A stretch of DNA of 64,000 bases from Elsinoe ampelina. Its lineage: Eukaryota. The translations under genes and the position numbers were made by a program. The DNA lies in NCBI GenBank assembly GCA_010093995.1, contig ML992502.1, forward strand, positions 1,708,312-1,772,311. The letters are read 5' to 3'. Of the stretch, positions 11,042 through 21,455 are shown one piece after another; within the stretch, counting starts at the first letter, position 1; each line of letters begins with the position of its first letter. The notes beneath the pieces were generated by a model. The model searched no databases and was not told where the DNA came from. It was given only the letters and a program-made list of their open reading frames with translations.

Positions 11042-13504
11042 ATGATGGCCTCCCGGCCGGACAATCCGTTTCGCTTCCAATCAACAATGCCGGAAGTCGT
11101 CGAAGAGGGATCACATCCTGACGGGGAGCCCCAGGAACACGATGGGATAAAACCTATCTTACTGTCTCCGCCAAACCTTTACGGTTCTTACATGCCCCAA
11201 ACTCACCACCACAACGAGAGCACATCTACATCAGCATCAGAGTCGGCTGGATCATCGCCAACCACAACCCTGTCTTTAGCAGATGATTCCAGCATGACGG
11301 AAATGTCACCTGGATCATCCCCGGAATCTCCAATGGCGAAACCTTCATCTAGCCTTCCCGGTCAAATAAGACCACACACGTCTGATGACATGTCGCGTAC
11401 ACCACCACAGCCATCGGCTTTCTTCGATCTCCAGCGGCCGCTGACCCCCGGCAAGAGACCTCGCAACCTCAAGAACCTCGCAGTAAATACGACAGGTGCA
11501 GCCAGCGCGGGACGTGGAGCTGCCACTGCCGCATTACCTGCTGTCCCTGCCCCAAATAATATCGACACCATCGGCCCTCTGAAGGAGCTATCGTTCAATA
11601 GACCCCCAAGCCCGCCCAAGCGAAGACCGAGCAATCTATCGCTGACCATCGTCACATCCGCGGAGAGCGGATCCAATGGCAATAGCGCAGCCCCGCTTGT
11701 CCCTCCGACACCCTCGATGCTGAGACCGAATATGTTGAGGCATTTTCAGTCATCACCGTCATTGCCTCTCTCAGCAGGTCTTCATCCATCCAAGACTGCA
11801 CCACCTCTCCCAAGTCTCAACCGTCCGTCATTGGAACGTGCACAGTCCGACCTCCAGACTCGCGTTGAAGATGATGAGTTTAACTTTGAGCTTCCTCAAT
11901 CCAGAGAGGAGAAACCGGAAGCCTACCCAGATGGGCCGATCTGCGTGCTTGACCCATACGTAGACCTCTACCTCGAGCCTACAGCGGAGCAGGCATCGAA
12001 GTACGATGTCATCTTCAACGTTGCCAGCGAAGTCCGGAATCCATTCCTCACCTACAGCACTCCGGATCCCACCAAGCAGGGCGTTCGTCTTGACGGTGGC
12101 GGCGGCCTTCAGTATGCTCCGAGCAGATCGAGGAGATCTTCATCAGAGGCCAGCAATGCAACTGTTCTTAAGAACCCGGCCGAATCCTCCACGCCGACCA
12201 CTCCAAAGGCCACGCCAGAAAAAGACACGTTTTCGAAGGATTTGACAAGTGGTGACAAGCAGCCAGAGTATATCCACATGCTCTGGGAACACAACACGGA
12301 CATTGTTTCTGATCTATTACGCCTCGTCGAAGTCATCGATGAAAAGGTCAGACAACGCAAAAGAGTCTTGATCCACTGCCAGTGCGGCGTCAGCAGATCG
12401 GCAACCTTGGTCGTAGCATACTGCATGTACGTCAACCCTGGTATGAGCGTCCAACAAGCATACGATACCATCAAACGAAGAAGCAAGTGGATCGGACCCA
12501 ACATGAATCTCATCATGCAGCTCCAAGAATTCTCCAGTAAGCTCGCTGTCACTCAGAGACGTCCTGGTTTCGTCGGGCTCCGCAGCCTTACACCTCTGGA
12601 ATCATCTGGCGCCTGGGGCGAGTGGAGGGCGGCAGGCTCTGGCGCTGGATCAAGGCTGGATCCTCGTACACCAAAGACAGCACCACTACCCCCGCCTGTT
12701 TCCGCTCACCCTGACTGCATCGACAACTCCAGTCTTGCGGTCACCCCTGGGCCGTCGTCGGCTCCATCGGGTCTCTCGTGGCCCATGAATGAGAGCAAGG
12801 CACCATCAGGATCTGGGGATCGCAAGGATGGTCGTGCTCTGTCAGTCCCTGGCGTCTCCTCTCTCATTGAGAATGCCGACAACAGCGTTCCAGATGCCAC
12901 GAGCAGCCCTGGTCGCCGTAGGTCCAGCGAGAAGAAAAGACCTCAGTCACTACGATTTGACAGCACGAACGTCACCACAATTCCTGAAGGATTCGGTCCT
13001 TTACTTTCGCCACGATCTGAAGAATTCGCGATGACCTCCCTTCGACCACCTGCTGAGATCGCTGCGGAGGACAAGTTCGGTATCATGTCACCAACGACAA
13101 GCTCCTTCAACCACACTCCGCTTGACCGTGATGCACTGCTTGGCTCTCTTGGTATGGGCTCTGCTATCGGTCAAGACACAAGCCGGCGGCGAACACAGAA
13201 CTTCTCTTTCCCATTCCGCAAGAGCATCCTCAACGCCTCGGCCGCAGAGGTGGCGATTGGATTCAACGCCGGTCGCAACGGGAACGCAGTGAAACAGACA
13301 CTGGTTGTTCCTTCGCCCACGGTCGATAGTCTTCTTGACCCACTCCTGTCTCCTCGCGCTTCATCATTCACACTCAATCCATTCTCTCACTCCGTGCCTA
13401 CCGGCCCAAGCCCACTCAGCGCGAGGGTAGACGATGACGATCCTCGCAGTCCAGCACAGAAAGGAAGCAACCCCATCACCAGGAACATCGCCGATGCTCT
13501 GTAA
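11042..13504 (+). CDS. Dual-specificity MAP kinase phosphatase (Pmp1/Msg5 family)
   Basis: Catalytic motif VLIHCQCGVSRSATLVVAY, plus YPDGPICV, NVASEV, WEHN and IGPNMNLIMQL. N-terminal RNLKNLAVN is docking-like. The ATG at 10913 in the ORF track lies in a predicted intron (10867..10963), so the start is placed at MMASRP. Confidence 0.92.
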   Translation: MMASRPDNPFRFQSTMPEVVEEGSHPDGEPQEHDGIKPILLSPPNLYGSYMPQTHHHNESTSTSASESAGSSPTTTLSLADDSSMTEMSPGSSPESPMAKPSSSLPGQIRPHTSDDMSRTPPQPSAFFDLQRPLTPGKRPRNLKNLAVNTTGAASAGRGAATAALPAVPAPNNIDTIGPLKELSFNRPPSPPKRRPSNLSLTIVTSAESGSNGNSAAPLVPPTPSMLRPNMLRHFQSSPSLPLSAGLHPSKTAPPLPSLNRPSLERAQSDLQTRVEDDEFNFELPQSREEKPEAYPDGPICVLDPYVDLYLEPTAEQASKYDVIFNVASEVRNPFLTYSTPDPTKQGVRLDGGGGLQYAPSRSRRSSSEASNATVLKNPAESSTPTTPKATPEKDTFSKDLTSGDKQPEYIHMLWEHNTDIVSDLLRLVEVIDEKVRQRKRVLIHCQCGVSRSATLVVAYCMYVNPGMSVQQAYDTIKRRSKWIGPNMNLIMQLQEFSSKLAVTQRRPGFVGLRSLTPLESSGAWGEWRAAGSGAGSRLDPRTPKTAPLPPPVSAHPDCIDNSSLAVTPGPSSAPSGLSWPMNESKAPSGSGDRKDGRALSVPGVSSLIENADNSVPDATSSPGRRRSSEKKRPQSLRFDSTNVTTIPEGFGPLLSPRSEEFAMTSLRPPAEIAAEDKFGIMSPTTSSFNHTPLDRDALLGSLGMGSAIGQDTSRRRTQNFSFPFRKSILNASAAEVAIGFNAGRNGNAVKQTLVVPSPTVDSLLDPLLSPRASSFTLNPFSHSVPTGPSPLSARVDDDDPRSPAQKGSNPITRNIADAL

Positions 13505-14020
13505 GGAGGAACTAGGCATTCGAGGACGAAGTACCATGCATAGAAGGACGGATCAGATTCGGCGAGGACGATTTGCACCTCTGCCACGGAAGTGATTTCA
13601 ACGAATACCCCGAGCATATGCGGGCACACATGGCGTTATTCTCCCCAAGGATCTAGAAAAAGGGTCACGTGGGGTTCAGGTGATTGATCACGAATGGCTG
13701 GCTGATGTGTCCACGATCCCAAGTTCATTTAGCGAGAGGTCGATGCCCATACGTTTGGGCAGTCGCGTTCAGTGTACAATACATGGTCAATGAAGATCTT
13801 GACAGCTGCAGCCTTGTGTTGGTGATGTGTCTGATTCTGAGTTTTGGTTCTGTGGCGTGACGAGGCTGTTGAGGACACGAGGCGAGGCTGGACATGTTCG
13901 TGATTGTCTCTATTGGATTCCCTGATCAATGTGGTAGTATTTGCGCTACTTCTGCAGTGCGACACGTGTCCAATGGAAGTTCCCTCAGCCCGACAAGCAT
14001 TTCGACGATCGTGTATGCTG

Positions 14021-14872
14021 TTACAGCGGCATTAAGCCTCTTGCTGCTACGATTAGTACTGGTCCATTCAACCAAGTGTCCGCATGGCGGGAGGGGAATG
14101 TAATGGATGCACAGGGAATGACAAACTTGAACGTGGCGTCTGCTGTGATGGCAAGCTGTTGATGTATATCATTCTCTAGAGCCTCCAACTCGTCCCAGTC
14201 TTCCAATTCATGCAGGGGTGCCTCAGATGGGAGCTGACCATCCCGCAGCTCCTCAATTTGCGAGACATCTTCTACAAATGTCGCGTTATACTGTTTCATC
14301 ATCTCGATCTTCTCCTCCATGTCCATGGCCATCCTTGCTCTCCCAAAGTCTCGTGGCATTTGACGTTCACTTTCGTACCTTAGCACCCATACCCCTTTGC
14401 CGTCGGGAGGCCACGCGTATACCATGATCTTTTTCTCCTCCTTGGCTCTATATCGAGCTCCGATATCTGCTTCAAACCGCGCTTGCTTGCTTGGCCACAG
14501 CGTGGCGCCTGTCCGGAGTAGAAGACGGCAGAATTGATCTTCCTCGTTAGTGTCGTTTGAGCGATACGAGATGGTGGAGCGCGGCAGTGAGAGGAAAATC
14601 ATGTCAAGGACGTCGGCCTCCTTGTTTAGCACCCCTCCACTGGATGGATAGCCATATATGAGACACCCCGTCTGACCAAACTCAGTCCGATCGGTTACTG
14701 AGTCAGGAGGGTCTCGAGGACACGAAATAGTACGTCCTTTGCTGACTGCTGGCCGCTGACGAACAAAAGGAAGACTATCCACGTCGATAGGTCGAATGCG
14801 GCCGATGGTTTGCTCCCAGAGCGACGCCAATGCAGTGGAGGCCATGGCGAGGCAAACGATGCTGATTCTCAT
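14021..14872 (-). CDS. Hypothetical secreted protein
   Basis: Intronless ORF. MRISIVCLAMASTALASLW is signal-peptide-like; globular composition; no family recognised. Confidence 0.65.
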   Translation of the reverse strand: MRISIVCLAMASTALASLWEQTIGRIRPIDVDSLPFVRQRPAVSKGRTISCPRDPPDSVTDRTEFGQTGCLIYGYPSSGGVLNKEADVLDMIFLSLPRSTISYRSNDTNEEDQFCRLLLRTGATLWPSKQARFEADIGARYRAKEEKKIMVYAWPPDGKGVWVLRYESERQMPRDFGRARMAMDMEEKIEMMKQYNATFVEDVSQIEELRDGQLPSEAPLHELEDWDELEALENDIHQQLAITADATFKFVIPCASITFPSRHADTWLNGPVLIVAARGLMPL

Positions 14873-15032
14873 GTAGATTTCGAGAGGCCGCAGGGCAGCG
14901 GGATGGAAACTGATCACACGGTCACACCCAATCTATTCTTGACCACAATATTATCTCCAAGCGCTACGTGCCACCTGCCATGTCTTCACAACCCATTCAT
15001 CGGACTTGGCGACTGACGTTCGCTGCAAAATA

Positions 15033-15980
15033 ATGGCGAAAGACGTCCACGCCACGAGCACGACGGCAGGATTCGAGAACATTCCTAGCACTCCGACCAC
15101 GCCCACAAGTGTTGGCAAGCCAGACGAGTCAGCATACTGGCCCGAGATAGCCAGCAAAGACACAATACCTGGATGGCTCCGAGACAATGACTACATTATC
15201 AATGGACATCCGATGCCGACCCTCTCCTACAGGAGGTCATTCCGACTGTGGCGATGCCTGCACATGGAGACCATGAACATCTGGACCCATCTTGTCGGCG
15301 CAACTGGTTTCATCGCCACCGGCGTAGGCTTGTATACTTCCTCTTCAGCATCCAGTGTTGGTGAACCGTCCGCGGGCGATCGTTTCGCCTTCGGTATTTC
15401 ATTGACTGCGGCTGCGGTCTGTTTCGGTCTGAGCACGGCCTTTCATACTCTACGGAGCCATTCGTATAATGTCCATCATTTCTGGGGCAAAATGGACATA
15501 TTTGGCATCTGTCTACTGGCACTTGGAGGAGGATCATCTGCCACGTTTTATGCATTCTACTGCAATCGTCGCATCCAGTGGATCTACTGGGGACTCAATA
15601 CTGCTGCAGCGCTTGGTGCCGCCTTTACTTTATTCGATACAGGAGGGGGTGGGAGTAAGATGAGGACCTTGCGAGGTGGTGTCTTCAGTCTCCTTGCCGC
15701 GGCAGCTATGCTACCCATCTTTCATGGGGTCGGGGTCATGGGATGGGCCGAAGCCTGCAAGCAGATAGGCGTGCAGTGGTATCTCGCGGAAGGCGTTTCC
15801 TTGCTGCTTGGTGTGGGTCTCTTCGTCGGGCGACTACCAGAGCGACTCAGCCCAGGTTCTTTCGATATCTGGGGGCATTCGCATCAGCTCTTTCATGTCG
15901 CCGCGGTCGTTGGGACGGCTTTCCATGTGAAGGCCTTGTCGGTAGGGTATCAGTACAGATCTTCCGTGACCGGGTGCTAA
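15033..15980 (+). CDS. PAQR / haemolysin-III family membrane protein (Izh/AdipoR-like)
   Basis: Motifs PGWLRDNDYIINGH, HMETMNIWTHL, STAFHTLRSHS, D.FGI and PERLSPGSFDIWGHSHQLFH; multiple hydrophobic helices. Confidence 0.93.
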   Translation: MAKDVHATSTTAGFENIPSTPTTPTSVGKPDESAYWPEIASKDTIPGWLRDNDYIINGHPMPTLSYRRSFRLWRCLHMETMNIWTHLVGATGFIATGVGLYTSSSASSVGEPSAGDRFAFGISLTAAAVCFGLSTAFHTLRSHSYNVHHFWGKMDIFGICLLALGGGSSATFYAFYCNRRIQWIYWGLNTAAALGAAFTLFDTGGGGSKMRTLRGGVFSLLAAAAMLPIFHGVGVMGWAEACKQIGVQWYLAEGVSLLLGVGLFVGRLPERLSPGSFDIWGHSHQLFHVAAVVGTAFHVKALSVGYQYRSSVTGC

Positions 15981-16291
15981 AGCACGCTGATAAATGAAAG
16001 AGAGGCGATGCCATTTAGTGCCGCCGATCGCATTCTACGATTCGGCTTCGCATTCGTGGGAATGTACGGGTTGAGCGCCCAACCGCGCCGCATACTACGC
16101 TCACTTCGATCTTGGACAACTCTTTCGCCGCGCACACGTCCCAGAGCTTCACGAACATTGAGCACTACTATCTGTTGCAGTAGTCTTTGCGTGATCTACG
16201 GACAAGTGGCGGCTCGATCGTCTAATAGAGACTATAGTAAGTCCATTGCCTGCCGCTATGTATCTCTTCCCATTCATTTCCCATCACGCCC

Positions 16292-16978
16292 TTGTCGAAG
16301 CATTGGCCTTTCACATTGCTTGGACATACATCGCATGGAAAGGATCAACCATGCAACACAGTCTTTGAACGCCACGTACCTGATCTGGACGATCTGCTGG
16401 TCGGACCACCTGCAGAGGAACCTCTTCAGTACGAAGGCTCGAACATCAGCGTGGTCAACGCAACGACAATCAGCATCATCGCCCGTCCAGATCGTGATCA
16501 TCAAATCTGGCACGGCCGGTCAGCCCCACTTGAGCCAGGCACAACAAGCACCGAAATCAGCCTCCTCACCTCCATCCACAGACTCGTCCTCACATCTGTC
16601 GTAGAAACTCACCACCTTCCAGGTAGCATTCCGGGCCATGTCCCCTCGCTCTCCCCGCCTTTACCACCTCTTCCTTGCCTTCCCCACTACTACATACCCT
16701 AGACTCTCGCCTCTTCCATGCCCCTCCTAGACGAACGCCAAACCCGTCCAGCCCTCAGCCTTCGCAGCCTCCTCTCGTCCCTAGGCGACATCCAACTCAT
16801 CACCGGCCTTGCAGTCCTCCTCCACGCCTACCTCAACCTCTGCACAATCTCAATCCACCACTTCTCCACCTCTCTCGACCTCGCGCGGGTATGTCTCCTG
16901 CCCTCCTCCCCCGGTCCCCTTCCTTACCCAACCACATCCTCTGCTTCTTCCTACCTATCACTGATGGCCCTCAGCTGA
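16292..16978 (+). pseudogene. Probable degenerate fungal multi-pass membrane protein gene
   Basis: LSSLGDIQLITGLAVLLHAYLNLCTISIHHF resembles the recalled D.Q..TG.A.L......C.IS.YH motif of a fungal hypothetical membrane protein family. The frame is broken by TAG at 16700-16702 and stops at 16978. Confidence 0.4.
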
Positions 16979-17244
16979 GACTAAATTCTACCCTCCTCTC
17001 CCTTCTCGAGAGTCACGACGATGTGGTTCGCAGGCTGTATCGGAATACTGGTCATCTTCTGCTCGGAGGGATGCTTTAGAAGCAGGGCATTCCGATAGAA
17101 ACAGTACACATCAGCAGTAGAGGTCTTTCGCAACTAGAGGTCATCATCATTATCTGAAAATATACTACACTACTGACGCCGTTCCCTATACCATCAGAGG
17201 GGAAATGTAATGCAACCTTGTTGCCCAGTCCTGCCGTTTCGGTT

Positions 17245-19909
17245 TCAGTCACTGAAATACAACTCGATCTTTGCACTCGTAGTCCCGAGGTGGACAGAGC
17301 TCTTCCCGACCTCGCCCTTGATGTCGCTTCTCTTCCATGTACCCTTCTCGCCAAATGCACGCGATAGCAATGTACGCCATTCCCAGCTCCCACTGGTGCG
17401 CTCGAGTCTGCTACCTTTGACATCGAGGTGGCCCGATATGCTCTCTGCTCGAATGGTGCCAGACCATTCATTCGGGTAGATGGCGGTGATCTTACCGCTT
17501 TGGGAAGCGTGAGAGGATGTGAGGGCCGAGTTGTAGAATGATCCGCCATACGGGGACAGGATGTTGATGTGGGAAGAGGCTGAAGATGTCTCAGTGGACA
17601 AATGCAGCTGGAAGACATTGGGAGTAGGGAATTGTCGTGGATGATCCCGGTCTGGGACGACAGGTAGGGTGGGAGGACCGGGGATCTTGGGTAGCACTGG
17701 GACGGCGGGTACTGCTGGAATATCTGGAATGGCCGGAATGACAGGGATCTTTGGAATTTCCGGGACAGCTGGGATGTCTGGGAGGTGTCCAACAATAGGC
17801 ACTTTGATCGACCGAGGCTGGTTTGGCGGTGTCGGGCTAGTAGTGGTCCCTCTGCTTGAGCTAGAAAAGATGTATGGCAAAAGTCCTAGATCGAGGCTGC
17901 CTGAGTAAGTGTGGAAGCTGGTTTTAGTACCAAGGAGGAAGGAGCCAATGATGGCAGCACTCGCCGTTTCAACCGAAGTCTCGTAGATACGGTTCGGTAC
18001 TCCAGAGAGCGGAGTCTTGACCGCCACTCTGCCTGACTGAGAGGAAATGCGGAGAGAAGCGGGATGAGTGGGATCATCCTTGGTGGCCTCTCGTGGATCG
18101 ACATTGACATCGACAGACCCTGATGAAGTACCAATGTCCAATAAATCGTATAGCGAGAAGGTGCCAGTGACTTTTCCAGAATGAGTGCGAATGATGATCT
18201 TGCGAGAGTCGAGATTGTCAAAGTCCACCCTACCTGGGTAGGTAGTGAGAGTAGTGGAATTGCGAACGTTCAATGCTGCAAACGTGCTGTTGCCAAAGAG
18301 ATTGCCTCGCGAGACAATCGAGAGGTGTGTAGAGTGAAGGTGCAAGTTGTTGAGAATAGCATCAGACCTGATGGAGAGGACGATGTCAATATCGATGCAA
18401 GGCAGACCGTTGTCCTTTGCAGGGTCGGGGGATATGCTGGGTTCGTCCAGGACTAGCCCATGCGCGTCCTTGGAGAAGCGCACATTGCCAAGCGTGTAGT
18501 AGGGCTCGACGGCATAGGCAACGGATACTACAAGGTTTTGCTTCTGATCGCTGGGGGCAGTGACTATCCTAATGACGCCTCCAATGCCGTAAAGTTTTAC
18601 AGCTTCGGTGATAGCTACAGTATCGTGGATGTCGTAGCCATAATTGACGAACTCTGTCCACTGTGCGAATGCGCAAGTGGTTTGACGGTGCTGCCGAGGG
18701 TCGTTTGGGAAGTAGGGGTTTGGCTCACTCGGCTGGCCTGGCTGTGTGGGCTCGGTCGGTTCGGTGGGCTCGCTTGGATTGGTAGGCTCGGTAGGCTGTG
18801 TTGGCGAAGTGCTTCCGCCGTTGTCTCCCGACTAACTGGAGGTCAGTAAAACCGTTCTACCAGGGCATTCATGTACCGAGGGTATGTCTCCCAAGACCGT
18901 ACAGTGCGTGAATGATATGCAAGAAGAATATTTTTGCACTTACCAAGACAACCTGCAATGCTTGTACCAGGAAATTGGTTACAGTGACGAATACTGCGAA
19001 GACCAAAAGCCAGAACAAGATCTTCTTGATCCTCTGCCTGCGATTCGCCTTGCGGTTACCAGACCAGCCTGGTGCATCTGATCCTCTTCCGCTATCGGAG
19101 TCACCCCGACCACCACGTCCGCCTCTTCCTCCACGACCACCTCGGCCTCCTCGACCCCTCCCACCTCGTCGACCATCTCGGCCGCCTCGCTTGCGCCACC
19201 AACGAGGTCTCCACTTGGCATCATCAGAGTCACTGGATGACCCAGATGAAGTGTCGTCATCCCTCATGTTCTCGGGCTCGTGACGGCTGGGGAAGACAGC
19301 GGATCCATAGTCGGCGGTCATGTCTGCGTTGTTCACGATTGGAGAATGCTCGTCGACGGGTCCTTGTTGATGAGACCGTGAGCGTCGGTGTTGTGGAGCT
19401 GGTAGATGTGAAACAGGAGTGGCTGAGTCTTGAGGAGTCGAAGCTGCAGATTGGGCGGTAGGTAGTTGAGGTGCTGGTCCCTCGTGCGTGGGAGAGGTGA
19501 GTCTGGTGAAGCTATCGATGTCAAGGGAGCCGTCGGTGATGCCTTGACGCCAGGCGTAACGAGCAGCGTCGTCAGGTCGGCCAGAACGTTGGACAGCTTC
19601 GGCGTAAGTAGGTGGAGGGATGTCGTCTGGATCTACACCTAGGTCCCGAGTGGGCGGAGTTGGGTTGGGCTGAGTGGAAGAAGAAGTCTCAGAAGGTTGA
19701 TGTGCACTTGATTGCTCGATGCGTTGACGATGCCTCGACGTCTCTGCTTGAGCCTCTCTGTCTTTTGCAGAAGCTCGTATAACAGAATTTGCAGAAGAAG
19801 CGGGAGCCTGGGGCATGTCGTCTTCATCAATGTCGTCCTCGCCTATGGTACTGGCCGGTACGGAAGATATGGAGCCAGTGTCATCTGCACGGTCGTGCAC
19901 AGCGGCCAT
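17245..19909 (-). CDS. Type II single-pass membrane protein with PY motif, RGG box and DUF4097/adhesin-like beta-repeat ectodomain; intron 18832..18943
   Basis: Exon 1 (19909..18944) ends after the TM segment ILFWLLVFAVFVTVTNFLVQAL. A phase-0 intron gtaagt..ctgac..ttag joins an open exon 2 (18831..17245) that has TSSGSV/SQSGRV/TYSGSL/SISGHL repeats. Confidence 0.8.
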
Positions 19910-20702
19910 GGCTTTTGGCGAGCTTTGGAAGGAATGCTGTTGCCTGGGTGTGCTAAATTATGCCGTCGTTACATACGATCCACCAGGTCGAATAATGGCT
20001 GCCTTGCGGCCTTAGCCCCGCTTATCGGGGAGGAGGCCCGTCTTTGGCCAGGACGAGCGGGCGAATCTACTTTGCATACAATGCTTCTTCTATGGTTGTT
20101 GTCGATCTCTGACCGGTCAAATCGCTGGAGAGCGTGGCGTGGCGGTAGAAGAAGCAGAGAAGGTGGGTTGAGATGCGATGGCCACCTCCGCTTTGATAGA
20201 CAAACGATTGTATGAAGGATTCCCGTCAGCGCCAACCCTAATCGGGCAATCCTGATATCCGAGCTCCGTCATGTCGTGATAGCGAGCAACAGACTGCGCC
20301 ATCCACATCTTGGTTAAAAATATCAGTACCTTTGCAATGCCTAGCTCGAGGGAGCAAGTCGAGACGTGAGGTAGCATGGCGTGTCGTCCAGTGTGATGGA
20401 ATGAAGGACGTGACATTGATACTCACTTTCTGCCCGACAAGCCAATGGGAGCTCGAGATTCATGAGAAGCGCCAGAGATGGCTAGATAGCACGACACGCT
20501 ACGACCGAGCCACTGAGACTCATTGGTCCCCATATTGATGACCAACGCAAAATGTAAAAAGAAGAGTCTGGCAATCTACGAAATTCTGCTCGCATACAGT
20601 GCTGCCAATGCATGCACTCCACACGTCAAGCTCTATCCCCGCAAAAACCTTGCCGGTCCATCGATCAAGCTGTCCCTCTCCATTAGCATCACATACCACA
20701 TC

Positions 20703-21455
20703 ATGCCGCCACCACGGATACGCATCCTCACCACCCTCCCACGCTCTCCCTCTTCACTCCTCCTCCGATCTCGACCATTTACCTCTGCCTTGACCCTCTC
20801 CCGCCACGCCTCCGACACCTCCAAACCCCCACCCCGAAAATCCATCACCCTCACAACCGACACCGGTTACATTCCCTGGTCCTCCCTCAGCCCCGTCGAA
20901 AAAGCCACCCGTGGCACTCAGCAATCCTTCAACTTCTTGCTCGTGCTGCTCGGCCTTTCCCTCACCGCCGGTGTCTCCTACGTGCTCTACCTCGAAGTCT
21001 TCTCACCTTCCTCAAAGACCGCAGTCTTCAACGCAGTGGTCAAGCGAATCCGCTCGGATTCAAGATGCGTGGACATTCTTGTGGGTGATGATCCGGACAG
21101 GCAGAGGAGCTGGGGCACGCGGCTGAATCCGTTCGGATACGGGAGCAAGGGCAGAGAGATCGAGGCTCATGGCGAGGGGAGCTGGAGTCGCTGGGCGAGG
21201 AATAGGGTGGTGAGTAGTAGGACGGAAACAGACAGGAGAGGGATGGAGCATATGCACATGCACTTCTATGTCAGTGGACCGAAGAGCGAGGGGACGGTGT
21301 GGGTGCACATGGTGAGGCAGGACGGCAAGTGGGAGGAGTGGTATCTTGCCTTGGAGCCGGAGGGGACAGGGGAGAGGGTGGTGTTGGAGGACAAGAGAGG
21401 GAAGAAAGAGGATGGAGTCAAGGGAGGGAAGATGTTTGGGGTGAGATGGTGGTGA
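20703..21455 (+). CDS. TIM21: Mitochondrial import inner membrane translocase subunit Tim21
   Basis: Arg/Ser-rich presequence, single TM (FNFLLVLLGLSLTAGVSYVLY), then EVFSPSSKTAVFN, IEAHGE..RWARNR and EHMHMHFYVSGP. Confidence 0.9.
   Translation: MPPPRIRILTTLPRSPSSLLLRSRPFTSALTLSRHASDTSKPPPRKSITLTTDTGYIPWSSLSPVEKATRGTQQSFNFLLVLLGLSLTAGVSYVLYLEVFSPSSKTAVFNAVVKRIRSDSRCVDILVGDDPDRQRSWGTRLNPFGYGSKGREIEAHGEGSWSRWARNRVVSSRTETDRRGMEHMHMHFYVSGPKSEGTVWVHMVRQDGKWEEWYLALEPEGTGERVVLEDKRGKKEDGVKGGKMFGVRWW

Noticed and set aside
19971..19990. ACATACGA resembling the 5' end of fungal 5S rRNA
   Set aside because: Similarity ends after 8 nt; no internal 5S sequence follows.
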